This document shows positions 43,774 to 57,860 of a DNA stretch of 64,000 nucleotides, piece after piece; position 1 is the first letter of the stretch, and every line of letters begins with the position of its first letter. The stretch lies in NCBI GenBank assembly GCA_964016885.1, contig OZ024758.1:22010001-22074000 (forward strand). The letters run 5' to 3'. The notes below the pieces were generated by a model. It saw only the letters and a program-made list of their open reading frames with translations, was not told the origin of the DNA and made no database searches. The translations under genes were made by a program, and so were the position numbers. The stretch comes from Eledone cirrhosa (Eukaryota).

Positions 43774-43812
43774 TGAACCTGAAGATTGCGAAAGCATGAA
43801 AGTACTTGTTCA
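43774..43812 (+). ncRNA. Minimal hammerhead ribozyme (right arm)
   Basis: tgaac-CTGAAGA-ttgcgaaagcat-GAAA-gtac-TT-gttca, identical to 8948-8986. Confidence 0.75.
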
Positions 43813-44001
43813 ATTAACACTTAACATTTAATATTCTACCATACTATCTCATTATAATAGCATTATAAATGTTAAAGGATTGTAAATAAAACGAGTAAAT
43901 CAGACAAAGTTGGAATTCCTTTTATTAATATAATCTTCTATAGACAATCATACACACCTGTGTATATTTATCTATCTATCTATCTATCTATCTCTCTATA
44001 T

Positions 44002-44035
<34 letters not shown>

Positions 44036-44187
44036 CATTCAAAGGTTGAAATTGTTTTATTCAAAGACACATTACATGGCACACGTGACCTGTCGTTGAC
44101 TGAAGAGGTGGACAACCGTAATGGCGTATAAGATGGATAAGTAGACAGATAGACTGTTTTCCTCCATCACTGTACTTTATATATATT

Positions 44188-44222
<35 letters not shown>

Positions 44223-44301
44223 GAGGGGGGGGGGGGTGAGAGAGGCATCATGTTGGAAAATGATGACACAAATATATATATAATACATATGTATATATAT
44301 A

Positions 44302-44347
<46 letters not shown>

Positions 44348-44405
44348 TATATATATACATATGTATTATATATATATTTGTGTCATCATTTTCCGACATA
44401 TATAT

Positions 44406-44531
<126 letters not shown>

Positions 44532-44617
44532 GTGTGTGTATATATATATATATATATATTTATATGTATGTATGTATATGTATGTACACAAAAAGACAGA
44601 CACACACATAATACATT

Positions 44618-44654
<37 letters not shown>

Positions 44655-44698
44655 ACGTATATATACAAACATACTTCTGTAACTATATATGTATATAT

Positions 44699-44797
<99 letters not shown>

Positions 44798-45337
44798 TGT
44801 ATGTATGTATGTATACACCTCTCTGTTCTACCATCTAGATGTGACAGTTACTGAAGAGATTCGTAGAACTGGAAGATAGATCGCGCCGAATATGAGAACT
44901 ACGTGAATTGTGGCCTGACATTTATCAAACCAGCCTCGTTTATTGTCTGTCTGTGAGTGAGAGGGGGGAGAGGGGGGTAGAGAAGGGGGAGAGAGAGAGG
45001 AGGAAAGGGGGAGGTAGAGAAGGGGAGAGAGACGGGGGAATTGTGTGTGTGAGAGAGAGTGAAAAGGAGAAAGAGTTTCTGTTTGTGAAAGAGAGAGAGA
45101 TAGAAAACGTTTCTGTGTGAGAAAAAGAGAGAGATAGAAAGCGTATGTGTGTGTGTGTGTGTCTGTGTGTCTGTGTGTGTGTCTGTGTGTCTCTGAGAGA
45201 GAGGGGGAGAGAGAGTGGGGGAACTGTGTGAGTGTGAGAGTGACAAGGACACAGAGTTTGTGTGTCTGTGAAAGAGGGAGATAGAAAGACTCTGTGTGTG
45301 TATATAGGGAGCTATATATATACATACATATATATAA

Positions 45338-45383
<46 letters not shown>

Positions 45384-45489
45384 AAACAGGTGGATACTTA
45401 TCCCGGTACCCGTAGCGTGAGGCGACTGAGAGTACAAGATTTCTCTGTGGACAGGACGCCAGTCCATTTTAGGGTTAAACCCCCAGCTG

Positions 45490-46042
45490 GTGCTCATTTT
45501 CAACTGAGTATACTGGAGCAACGTGAAATGAAGTGTTTTGCTGAAGAATACAACATAAAACTTAAGCAAAGAATCGAACCCATCGCATTATGTGCGTAAA
45601 GACCACTGGAGTGGCATGAAATGAAGTGTTTTGTTCAAGAACACAACACACAACCCAGTCTAGGACTGGAACCTCGACATTATGTTCGCAAAGTCTCTTA
45701 CCACTGAAGTGACATGAAATGAAGTATTTTGCTCAAGAACATAACACACAACCCAATCCAGGAATCAAACCCACAACATTATGTTTGTAGTAAGTCCAAT
45801 ACCCTTACCACTGAAACTGATGTGAAATGAAGTATTTTGCTGAAGAATACAACACACAACCCTGTTCCAGGATCGAACCCACAACATTATGTTCGTAAGT
45901 CCAACACCTTTACCACTGGAGTGACGTGAAATGAAATGTTTTGCTGAAGAACACAACACACAACCTAGTCCAGGAATCGCACCCTCGAATCCACAACATT
46001 ATGTTCATAGTAAGTCCATCACACTTACCACTAGGCCACGCG
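45490..46042 (-). repeat. Tandem array (about 5 x ~100-107 bp) of the SINE family B 5' head
   Basis: ccactg..gtg...tgaaatgaag recurs at about 45603, 45701, 45808 and 45913; - strand shows gggttcgatcc-like B boxes and gtggcctagtggt at the far end. Confidence 0.75.
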
Positions 46043-46602
46043 GTTCCTCCACACCATATTCCTTCACTGATATTAAAACATGCTGACGCCCACTTACCAA
46101 CTGTTTAGTATGCAGATGTCGTGTGTAAATCATTTCATTTTTACATTGTGTAGAGTTTAAAGGGGCCGCTTGCCCTAATCTCAGAACTAATCGCTCATTA
46201 ATGGTCTCATCTTATTAGAAATGGTCTTGTAATTGATTCGAGTTATCGGATTTACGTGAGATAAATAAATATTGCTGATTGATTGATATATAATTTCTTA
46301 AGGATGCATGAATCCTCGTGCTTATGAATTTAGTGAATATTGTTTAAAATAAAATATGTTTCTCAGCAATGATGTTCTCTATGTTATGAGAGAGTGCGTG
46401 TGTAACTGTAAATACCTATGGCTGTGTGATTATGTATATATATGTGTATGTGTGTGTCTGTGTGTGTGTGCGTGTGTGTGTGTGTGTGTGCGTGTGTGTG
46501 TGTGTGTGTGTCTTTGTATGTGTGTGTGTGTATCTTGTGAGTGAATCTCTCTATGTATGTATGTATTTGTGTATGTATGTGTGTGTGTATATATATATTA
46601 TG

Positions 46603-46860
46603 TCAGGTCACCAGTTGGTGCTACTGGTAACATGTATCCCAGTACAACCTGTCTCATGGTCGGGTCGTTGGCGACTAAACTGGCAGCCCCACCAAGGTTT
46701 CTTGGTGAGGAGGGTGACTTTGGACATCCTGCAGGACTAAAAACAAAACCTGTCAAAGAGTCAATGGCCATCCAAAATCACCGGGAGAGATGACCCTTAG
46801 CCTTTGTCAAGGCAGAATTCTAGTAGAAGGAAAACTCTGATATAACACCTGCAACCCTGA
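46603..46860 (+). mobile_element. Possible RTE-LINE 5' UTR remnant
   Basis: GC-richer block with cgactaaactggcagccc and agaaggaaaactctga, reminiscent of RTE 5' regions (from memory only). Confidence 0.3.
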
Positions 46861-47494
46861 TGGTATCCAATGATGTTGACTTGTTCTTCTTTTTGGTAAA
46901 TATCATCTTGGTTAAGAGAGTGGGACTGGCTTTGTGCAGTGCCTTTGCTCACTATAAAAGCTTCACGGCACAGGCATTGCTTTATATCTGGAGATCTCTC
47001 TGCACTTGTCGTCACATGGAACCATGGGCCCGGCACTATGTGTCAATAATTGTCACAAGTGTAGTGTTTGTACCAGAGTTTTCAAGTCGCTAGCTGGACT
47101 AAAATGTCACACTCGTTCAGCGCATCGGTAGGAGTTCTCCTACATGGATATAAAGTAGTGGCCGTACTCGAAAACGAGTTGGCAGCCACCATATATATAT
47201 ATATATATATACCGCTCATGAAATTCACCCAGCTTATGCTGACCGGATAACCATCATGTTGCTTGCTTTTTTCCTACCTTCGGTTTGCTTTTCCTTCTAT
47301 GTTGTTTACTTGTCTCACTCGCTTTACGCGATTCACTTGTCCCAATAGCTTATTTTAGTTATTGCTCGCACCAACCTGAGGTATATGATTTTTAATGCGA
47401 TGAAATACCAATGATGGTTGGCAAATCACTGATGAGGGACTAATTTTATAATATGTAACCCATGTGCAACCACTCAGTTTTCCTCTTTCTTCCC

Positions 47495-47526
<32 letters not shown>

Positions 47527-47551
47527 GGTAAGCAAGTATCTGACTTGTTCT

Positions 47552-48025
47552 AATAGTATCTAACTATAATAGTACCTATCTAACTATAATAGTACCTACC
47601 TTACTGCAATAGTACCTACCTTACTATAATAGTACCTACCTTACTATAATAGTACCTATCTAACTATAATAGTACCTACCTTACTATAATAGTACCTACC
47701 TTACTATAATAGAACCTATCTAACTATAATAGTACCTACCTTACTGTAATAGTACCTACCTGACTATAATAGCACCTACCTTACTGTAATAGTACCTACC
47801 TTACCATAATAGTACCTACCTTACTATAATAGTACCTACCTTACTATAATAGTACCTACCTTACTGTAATAGTACCTACCTTACCATAATAGTACCTACC
47901 TTACTATAATAGTACCTACCTTACTATAATAGTACCTACCTTACTGTAATAGTACCTACCTGATTATAATAGTACCTACCTGACTATAATAGTACCTTAT
48001 TATAATAGTACCTACCTTACTACAG
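47552..48025. repeat. 20-bp minisatellite aatagtacctaccttactat, about 23 copies
   Basis: Direct reading. Confidence 0.95.
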
Positions 48026-48291
48026 TCTAATACACAGAAAGACTCTATTTACCTGTTTATCTAGCATCAAAGAAATTATTTTTATGATTTCCAACGAAAA
48101 TTTAAATCATTCCTCTCTCTCTCTCTATCTATCTCTATCTCTCTCTCTCTCCCTCTCTCTCGCCCCCTCTCTCTCTCCCTCACTCTCTCTCCCTCTCTCT
48201 CTCTCTGTTGTTCTCTGTGTGTGTGTGTGTGTGTTTGTGGGTGTGTATGTGTGTGTGTGAATCTGTCTTTGTGTGTGTGTGTATGTGTGTG

Positions 48292-48412
<121 letters not shown>

Positions 48413-48995
48413 CTGCCTGTGTGTGTGTGTGTTTTATTCATTTCTGGTTCCGTTATTTTGTATATGTGATTGGTGTTCTTCTTACTCTTGTTGTTGTTGT
48501 TACTGCTGTTGTTGTTGTTGTTGTTGTTGTTTCTGTTGTTGTTGTTGTTAGTTATTATTGTTAATCCTTTCATTTGTTGGGACTTTTGATTTCCACCGCA
48601 GCAAAAATAAATTAACCAAAATCATTTTAAGTGCTAGAGATGGTAAAATTTTACTTTCCATTAATTCAAACAATGCCTTCAGTAATATTTACTAGTTTTT
48701 TTCCTTTCCATTCGTTTCCTTCTGGTCTCCCATCTAAATGAAGAATAAGGAGATTTTCTTGACTAACACTAATGGATTTATATGCAGGCTTATCCTATCA
48801 GCTCTGCTGTGGCTGCCATATCTATCACGGGAAAATTACAAACAGTCGTAGATTTCTAGGTAAAATATTTTGTCTCACTTTTAAAATACTATTTGTATCG
48901 TGTTGGGTTTTATTACGACTGGATGTGTGTATGTGTATGTGTAACTCTTCGTGTGTGTGTGTGTAACTCTTCGTGTGTGTGTGTGTGCGCGCGCG

Positions 48996-49026
<31 letters not shown>

Positions 49027-50764
49027 TTAAATCAATATATTGTAGGATATGGGATGTGTGATACTCCTGTCGTAGTATCGTCGTAGTCTCGTGATAGTCC
49101 TTTGATAGTCTCGTAACTCCTCGTGGAGTCGTAGGAACGCCGTAATGGCGTTTCTTGGGCATTTTGTTTTTTAAAATATATTTCCAATGAAATAACACAC
49201 CACACACACACACACCACTCACACACACACTACTCACACACACACAACCTAAAAAAACCTAGCGGAGCCCATCTCCTCTCCAGGTCTGAATACAGCAGAT
49301 TTATTCCAGAGATGGATAGAGAGAATGACAGATACCGAAAAATATGTTTCCGTCGCTCTACCGATTCAACTGCCAATCTACCACCCGTTTTGCTAAAAAA
49401 TAATTAATAGAATGCCGTTGTTAATCTGGATGAGGTCTAATAATACCGAAACACCACCAGAAATCAGCATAACCCTAACCCATCCACTCTTAATCTATTT
49501 TTATTTAATTTTAATTAATTTCAATTCCAGAATTGTCTCCCCTGTCTTTCATGATTATAATTTATCATTAAGATAATAGTTCGTTTGTTTGTTTGTTTGT
49601 TTGTTTGTTTGTTTTATTCAGGACTACGAGTATAATTTTAATTAATCAAAATTTCCTGGTGTATTCTATTAAATATGTTAGCTTTCACTTTACTATTTGT
49701 TATTCATACAACAGACGTCCCTAGGTATTTTTCCATAGTCATTCTAACATTCAAGATGCTTGCTATGTAGTTGCTCGTATTATTTCACTGATTTGTCAGG
49801 TGAAAAATGTTTTAAAAGAGTCCCATTGAGATGAAAAGATTATTTTATTTCCTCCTGAAACTCAATGAGTTTAAAACAAAAAAACTTACGATATTTTCTG
49901 ATGTCTTTCCAACATTTTTCTCATATTTATGACGTTTTTACTAAAATTGACAATAAAGGTTTGCTGTTCATCTATAATTCAAACTAACTGAGAATCTATC
50001 AGAATTCCTAATGAATTTCTATTAGGTTCATTAAGACAGTTGACGTCTCATAATTACAAACCTTTCTTCGTATTTTAGCCAAAAAGATGTCAGTTTTTCT
50101 CTAAAACTTAACTGCAGTTAAAGGAAAGTCTTATGAGAATTACCATTCATTATTGCCAGGAATGTGACTCAACCAAATCTGAAGACATGGTCTTTGGCAA
50201 CCCGACAATGCTAATAATAACAACAATACTAAATTTCAACAGCTCAGACAATAAAATCTTAAACATTTTGCTATCTGTACTTTAGGGGAAATAAAAATTA
50301 TTCGTAGTTTTATGCCCCTTGATAATTATGAATTTCTTGGTTAGTTCCAAAATGAAATTTTGTATTGTTTGTTGCCATAAGTAAGTCAAATGTTAAGAAA
50401 TTACACGATTCCCAGAATACTGCATTCCTTGTTATATTCTATATTGGTAATCATGTGAATGCTAATGATCGTTAAAAATTGTTAAGGACATTTATACAAA
50501 ACCATCTTTTATAATATATCCATAAGGGAATATCGTTAAAAATTGTCTTGATGTTATAAAAGGAGATAAAACTCGTCTTCGTATTATTGGTATGTGTTAT
50601 GTATAATTTACTTCACTTAAAGACATACCAATACTCATGACAGACTTTAAAATTGTAAATATCAGGTTAAGGCTCCTGCCTAAATATATCAGAATAATTA
50701 TGTTGATCTTTATAATTATCTCACCAAATTTCTGTCACTCAATTAGTTTTCTCCTTTGCTTCAA

Positions 50765-51060
50765 ATAATGGTTTCTACTTTTGGCACAAGGCCAGCAATT
50801 ACCCAGTGCATTACTGGTACTTTATTTTATCGACCTCGTAAGGATGAAAGCAAAGTTAACCTCGGCGGGATTTGAACTCAGATCATAAACGGGCGTAACT
50901 CTATGCTGGAAATCATGGCGTCCGACCCTCTACCGATACTGCCAATTCAAATAATAGTTTCTGATTTTAGGGGGGCAAGAGAAAATCGATTAGATCAACC
51001 CCAATGCATTACTGGTATTTTGTTATCGACACCGTAAGAATGAAAGGCAAAGCTAACTTC
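50765..51060 (-). mobile_element. SINE family A (50765-50948) plus a partial second copy
   Basis: Reverse complement of the family A consensus. Confidence 0.88.
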
Positions 51061-52075
51061 GCATTATCTCATATGGTCTCACATTATCTCATATAGTTTC
51101 AGTGGATTGGCAGTATCGGTAGAGGGTCGGACGCCATGCTTTCCAGCATAGTTATGTCCCTTTACGATCTGAGTTCAAATCCCGCCGAGGTTGACTTTGC
51201 CTTTCATCCTTACGGGGTCGATAAAATAAAGTACCAGTAATGCACTGGGTAATTGCTGGCCTTGTGCCTAAAGTAGAAACAATTATCTCATATAGTTTCA
51301 CATATCTCATATAGTCTCGCATTATCCCATATAGTCTCGCATTATCTCATATAGTCTCGCATTATCCCATATAGTCTCGCATTGGCAGTATCGGTAGAGA
51401 GTTGGATGCCATGCTTTCTAGCATAGTTACATCCTTTTACGGTCTGAGTTCAAATCCCGCCGAGGTTAACTTTGCCTTTCATCCTTACGGGGTCGATAAA
51501 ATAAAGTACCAGTAATACACTGGAATAATTGCTGGCCTTGTACCAAAAGTAGAAACAATTATCTCATATAGCCTCGCATTAACTCATATAGTCTCGCATT
51601 ATCTCATATAGCCTCGCATTAACTCATATAGTCTCGCATTATCTCATATGGTCTCGCATTATCTCATATAGCCTCGCATTAACTCATATAGTCTCGCATT
51701 ATCTCATATGGTCTCGCATTATCTCATATAGCCTCGCATTAACTCATATAGTCTCGCATTATCTCATATGGTCTCGCATTATCTCATATAGCCTCGCATT
51801 AACTCATATAGTCTCGCATTATCTCATATGGCCTCGCATTATCTCATATAGCCTCGCATTAACTCATATAGTCTCGCATTAACTCATATAGTCTCGCATT
51901 ATCTCATATAGCCTCGCATTAACTCATATAGTCTCGCATTAACTCATATAGTCTCGCATTATCTCATATAGCCTCGCATTAACTCATATAGTCTCGCATT
52001 ATCTCATATGGTCTTGCATTATCTCATATCGTCTCGCATTATCCCACATAGTCCCGCATTATCTCATATAGTCTT
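51061..52075. repeat. 20-bp minisatellite attatctcatatagtctcgc interleaved with two + strand SINE A copies (51102-51285, 51381-51561)
   Basis: Direct reading; a 60-bp higher-order period is visible at about 51600-51840. Confidence 0.9.
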
Positions 52076-52426
52076 GGCTGAAACTTGTAATTTAACAATA
52101 ATCTGGTGGCTAAAATATGACTTAATTGTGATCTTTTTTCAGCCTATAAATCTTTTTTCAGCCTATAAATCTTTTTTCAGCCTATAAATCTTTTTTCAGC
52201 CATATCCATATAAATAACGACAAATTAAAATCCTTACAATGAAATATCATCCCGCTGATGATGTTTAGAATGAGATGAAGCTTGCATGTAATATTCCACT
52301 TATCCAACCTTTATTGTAATTCTGAGAGGGTTTGTGTATTGCCAAACATAAACTATAAAATAGAATGGATGCTGGGTACCAGAAGCCATTAGCTAAATGA
52401 AATAAGACACTACTTCCTGTAGTATA

Positions 52427-52477
<51 letters not shown>

Positions 52478-52988
52478 CGATGGAAAGAGAGGGGGAGAGA
52501 GAGAATGTGTGTGTGAGAGAGAGAAAGAGGGAGTATGTGAGTGTGAGAGAGAGAAAGAGGGAGTATGTGAGTGTGAGAGAGAGAGTGTGTGAGTGAGAGA
52601 GAGAGAGTAGGAGAAAGAGATAGAGTGTGTGTGTTTGAGAGAGAGAGTGTGTGAGTGTGAGAGGGAGAGTTTGTGAGTGTGAGAGAGAGAGAGTGGGGGG
52701 GAGAAAGAGATAGTGTGTGTGTGTTTGAGAGAGAGAAAGAGAGAGATATAGCGAGATAGAAAAAGAGAATGTGTGTGTGTATGTGTGCGTGAAAAAGAAA
52801 TAGAAAGAGTGTGTGCGTGTGCGTGTATGTGTGTGTGTCTGTATGTATGCATGCGTGTATGAGTACGTATGTATGTATGTGTGTATGTGTGTATATCTGT
52901 GTGTTTATGTGTGTATGAGTGTGTGTATGTCTATATATATGTGTGTGTGTATGTATGTCTGTGTGTGTATACACATGGATATGGCTGA

Positions 52989-53029
<41 letters not shown>

Positions 53030-53034
53030 CTATG

Positions 53035-53068
<34 letters not shown>

Positions 53069-53633
53069 ATATATATGTATGTGTGTCTATGTATATATGT
53101 ATATATATTATATATATATATATATGTATGTGTGTCTATGTATATATGTATATATATTATATATATATATATATGTATGTGTGTCTATGTATATATGTAT
53201 ATATATTATATATATATATATATGTATGTGTGTCTATGTATATATGTATATATATTATATATATATATATATGTATGTGTGTCTATGTATATATGTATAT
53301 ATATTATATATATAGATATATATATAAATGTATGTATATGTCAACCTGACCGAGGTCATATTTTCCTCTTCATGTCATGTTATTACACAATAACATGACA
53401 AACCATTTCTCCAATAATTACTGACCCCTGCTATTCCTCATTAGATCTTACCTGATGTTTTAATAGTTGAGTGTTTTAGTTGTTTGTCGAGCAAATTGTC
53501 TTTCATAGGATAATAGCCTTGCATCCTTCAATCATAAGTCGCCTACTGTGATAGTGGTGGTAATAGAAGGGCTGGATAGATGGGGACCCTTTTTTTTTCG
53601 GAGGCTCCTCAACCCCACCAAAACACTCCATCC

Positions 53634-53689
<56 letters not shown>

Positions 53690-54419
53690 ACTCCCTGTTG
53701 TATAATTTTTTGTTCTTCTGTCCTTCACTCATGAGTCAATAAGTCAGCTACTGTGGTAGTAGTAGTAGTAGCAGCAGTAATAATAGGGACGAACGAATAT
53801 ATGGGGACCCTATTTTTTTTTCGTAGGTTCCCCAAAACCCAACCCCACACCCCATACCCCACACCACACCCCACACCCCTGTTGTTTGATTTTTTTTTCT
53901 CTTTACCTTCAACGATCACAATTCTTTACGAAGCAAACAAGTAACTCAACCTTCGAAAAATATTTCATCATTTTTCTCTTCCTTCTTTTTATTTTTCTTT
54001 CCTTTATTATTATTATTATTATTATTATTTTGCTACACCCAAGAAAATGACGTCTATTTTTGTATCTAAACAGGAAAGATCAAAAAATAAAAAGGTTTGA
54101 TACAGTGGAAACTGCTGAAACGAAACTGTTATTAATCGAAAGATTCTTATCGTGTAAAACTGGTGTTAAGATAGAAATTTTTGACAAAACATTTGTTAAG
54201 AGGGAACATTTATCAGTGGAATCAATCTATGCTGGATCTTGGTATTTACTTTCATATATTATCGATTTAAGAGTCAAGATCAACAAAATAAATGCTACTC
54301 CTTTGATTGAAAAATTTTTTGTAGGAGAAAGAAATAATAGAAAAGTAGAATTTATTGTAGGATCTGTTGAAGTAACTATAAAGAATAAAGACATGTATTG
54401 ATTTATAATGGAAGGACGA

Positions 54420-54860
54420 ACATATTTCATTGGAAATATGTTAGAGAGAATATAGTTGGTGTGTGGTTTGTGTGTGTGTAGTGTGTTATTTCATTGGAAA
54501 TATATGTTAGAGGGAATGTAGTTTGTGTGATGTGGTGTGTGTGTTTGTGTGTGTGTGCCAGTATGGTGTGTGAGTTGGTATGTTAGTGTGTTATTTCATT
54601 GGAGATATATGTTAGAGAGAATATAGTTTGTGTGTGTGAGTGTGTGTGTGTGTGTGTGGTGTGTTATTTCATTGGAAATATATGTTAGAGAGAATGTAGT
54701 TTGTGTGTGTGTGCCAGTATGGTGTGTGAGTTGGTATGTTAGTGTGTTATTTCATTGGAGATATATGTTAGAGAGAATATAGTTTGTGTGAATGTGTGTG
54801 AGTGTGTGTGGTGTGTGTTATTTCATTGGAAATATATGTTAGAGAGAGAGAATAGTTGGC
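54420..54860. repeat. Tandem repeat gtgttatttcattggaaatatatgttagagagaat + variable (GT)n, about 6 units
   Basis: Direct reading; one inverted copy at about 49175-49200. Confidence 0.8.
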
Positions 54861-55045
54861 GTGTGAGCTGTGTGTGTGTGAGGTGTGTGTGTCAGTGTGT
54901 AGTGTAGTGTGGTGTGTGTGTGGTGTGTGTGAGTGTATGAGTGTATGTGTGTGTGTTAGTGTGTGGTATATATATATATATGTGTGTTTATCTATATATG
55001 AGTGTGTGTTGTATATTGACTTTACCTTTCATCCTGCAAGCTCAA

Positions 55046-55336
55046 TATAATTGTTTCTACTTTTGGGCACAAGGCCAGCAATTACCCAGTGCATTACTGG
55101 TACTTTATTTTATCGACCCCGTAAGGGTGAAAGGCAAAGTTAACCTCGGCGGGATTTGAATTCAGATCATAAAGGGGCGTAACTCTATGCTGCAAAGCAT
55201 GGCGTCCGACCCTCTACCGATACTGCCAATCCACCGCCTGCTCAATATAATTGTTTCTACTTTAGGGAGAAGGCCAGCAATTACCCAGTACATTACTGGT
55301 ACTTTATTTTATCGACCCCTTAAGGATGAAAGGCAA
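55046..55336 (-). mobile_element. SINE family A (55046-55238) plus partial tandem copy (55244-55336)
   Basis: Reverse complement of the consensus; both preceded by gctcaatataattg. Confidence 0.88.
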
Positions 55337-55668
55337 TATAATGAAAAGTAAACATGTTATTCTTTTATGAATGTCAAGGATCCAAAGGAAGAATTATTAA
55401 CACCAGTTTTTGTTGTATTTAACAAATGAAATACAATACCTTCGGTATCTGTCTTTCATTCTATGGTAGGAGACTTTCTAGATAAAATGGTATTTTGGGG
55501 GTTTAATCAGAGGGGGAGGAGAGATCAGTGACTTAGAACAGTGATCTGGACAAACTTCTAATCTATTGGAAAGGAAGACCCGGTCAAAAAGCTTCCAACA
55601 CATGGAATTCTCCTAAATACATACAAGGACTATTTAAAGCAGAGCAATGTATTTATTTTTTTCTCTAG

Positions 55669-55997
55669 AGACGGCGAATTATCAGAGTCGTTAGAACGTC
55701 GGATAGAATGCTTTGCAGTATTTGTTTCCGCTATCTGCTCTCTGAGTTCAAATCCAACCAAGGTCAAATTTGCTTTTCGTCCTTTCGAGGTCCATAAAAT
55801 ATGTACCAGTCAAGTACTTGGGTCAATTCTTCCTTTATATCTCGTTCTCATTCACTCTCTCTCACTTTCTATCTTTCTCTGGAAGAAATCTGCTGAAGTC
55901 AGGTCTGGAGAGGGACAGGCTCCGCTAGGCTTAAAATGCCCAAGAAATGTCAATACGGCACCCCTACCACTCTATCAGCAGTTACGGGACCATACAT
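55669..55997 (+). mobile_element. Older SINE A-like head with long 3' extension (related copies 63322-63660, and inverted at about 49105-49330 and 58985-59320)
   Basis: Shared tcaatacggc(a/g)cccctac(c/g)actc...gttacgg.accat and ctgga.ag.g...ggctc blocks. Confidence 0.65.
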
Positions 55998-56555
55998 AGT
56001 CAAAAGGCTAAAGTGTTGAGCTCGCAATCATAATGTCGTAGGTTCGAATTTAAGGCCGGGCGGCGTCTTATGTCCTTGTCGAAGACGCTTTATTTCACGT
56101 TGTTCCAGACCAACCAGATGAAAAGAACAAAATTAGTGTCACCAACAGCTGGATTTGAATCCAAAGAGGAAGTGCTTCCTGACAAGACTGAGAGAGAGAG
56201 AAAGAGAGACCCTTATCATCAAAACAGACCCAGTGTAACCTCGTCCAAAGGTGAGACAAACTTACATAGGTGTGAGTTGTAAGAACAACATCAACAGCAA
56301 CAACAATATAAAACAATGAATTAATACATATTCTACACAAATAGATAAACCAAAGCAATATATAATTAAGTTCTCACTCGAGAAACACAAGTGCCAAAAT
56401 CAGATAAAATAATTATTGAAAAAGACAAAAGATAACTTTCATCTCGTTCAAGACAAAATCAATATTGTTTGTAAATAGTATTGATATCTTCTCCTAGCTT
56501 GGTTCACCTAAAAGTGGATTATTTAGATTATCTAATACAATATCTCATTATTTTG

Positions 56556-56974
56556 TGTGGATTAACAGTATCGGTAGAACGTCGGTCACCCTGTTTTGTA
56601 ACATAATAGAGTTACGGCCCTTTATGATCTGAGTTCAAATCCCGCCGAGGTTAACTTTGCCTTTAATCACTACGGGGTCGATAAAATAAAATACCAGTAA
56701 TGCACTGGGTTCGATTTAATCGACTTTCCCCTCCTACCAAATCGCTGGTCTTGTTCCTATATAAGAAACCATTATTTTGTGCGGATTAACAGTATCGGTA
56801 GAGCGTCGGAGACCCTGCTTTGCAGCATTGAGTTACAGCCCTTTACGTTCTGAGTTTAAATCTCGCCGAGGTTAGCTTTACCTTTCATCCTTACGTGGTC
56901 GATAAAATAAAGTACCAGTAATGTACTAGGGTCGATTTAATCGCTGGCCTTGAGTCTAAAGTAGAAACAATTAT
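56556..56974 (+). mobile_element. Head-to-tail SINE family A dimer
   Basis: Copies about 56556-56775 and 56778-56974. Confidence 0.88.
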
Positions 56975-57374
56975 TTTCTGTTTAAATCTTTCTTTCAAAA
57001 TCAAATTTCTCCTTCATTTTACCAGAATTGATCAAATAACTTCCATTAGTCTCCTGGAGTCGAGTTGATTCCCTATACTCCAGATCTACAGATGTTGGCT
57101 TGCTCCAGACTAAATAATCTAGTGGATATTATGCGAGATAGTTCAGTTCATAGAGTGTTTATTTCATAGTTAGTTTAAATCATCGTTTTGTCTCCTTAGG
57201 CAAGAAATTTGACTCCACGATGTGGACACAGCCTCAGTTTTTGGTAAATTACTGACAGTGTGATGTGCCTTCGACATTTTTAGACGACATTCGTATATAT
57301 ATATGTTTACATATATATATTGATATGTGTGTGTGATGGAGAGAGAGAGAGAGACAGACAGAGAGAGAGAGAGA

Positions 57375-57433
<59 letters not shown>

Positions 57434-57531
57434 TGAGAGAGTGAGAGAGTGAGAGAGAGAGAGAGAGAGAGACAGACACAGAGAGAGTGTGTGTGAGAGA
57501 GAGAGAGAGACAGACAGACAGAGTGAGACAG

Positions 57532-57568
<37 letters not shown>

Positions 57569-57608
57569 CAGAGAGAGAGTGTGTGTATGAGAGAGAGAGT
57601 GTGTGTAT

Positions 57609-57654
<46 letters not shown>

Positions 57655-57777
57655 GAGAGAGTGTGAGTGAGAGAGACAGACCGAGAGAGAGAGTATTTAC
57701 ACACGTTACACATATATATTTACACACACATATATATTTACACACACACGTATCTACATATATTCATGTAAACTTTT

Positions 57778-57860
57778 CAGCCGACCCTCATAGTTGCTTT
57801 TCCTTTACATCCTGGAAATATTTGACACCATTAACAGGGAGATGTTATGGAAAATTCACC
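57778..57860 (+). pseudogene. Decayed LINE (RTE-like) RT remnant
   Basis: LIVAF then, after a frameshift, FDTINREMLWKI, resembling the RT motif AFDxVxRxxLW. Confidence 0.45.

Larger units (their letters stand above)
43564..43975. mobile_element. Palindromic element with a hammerhead on each strand and a 3' tail
   Basis: Arms 43564-43739 and 43757-43932; unpaired tail about 43933-43975. Confidence 0.9.

Noticed and set aside
49735-53530. Possible host exons (about 49739-49799 +, 52240-52352 -, 53452-53525 -)
   Set aside because: Splice-like sites exist, but one candidate has stops in all three frames and no coherent or recognisable protein could be assembled.
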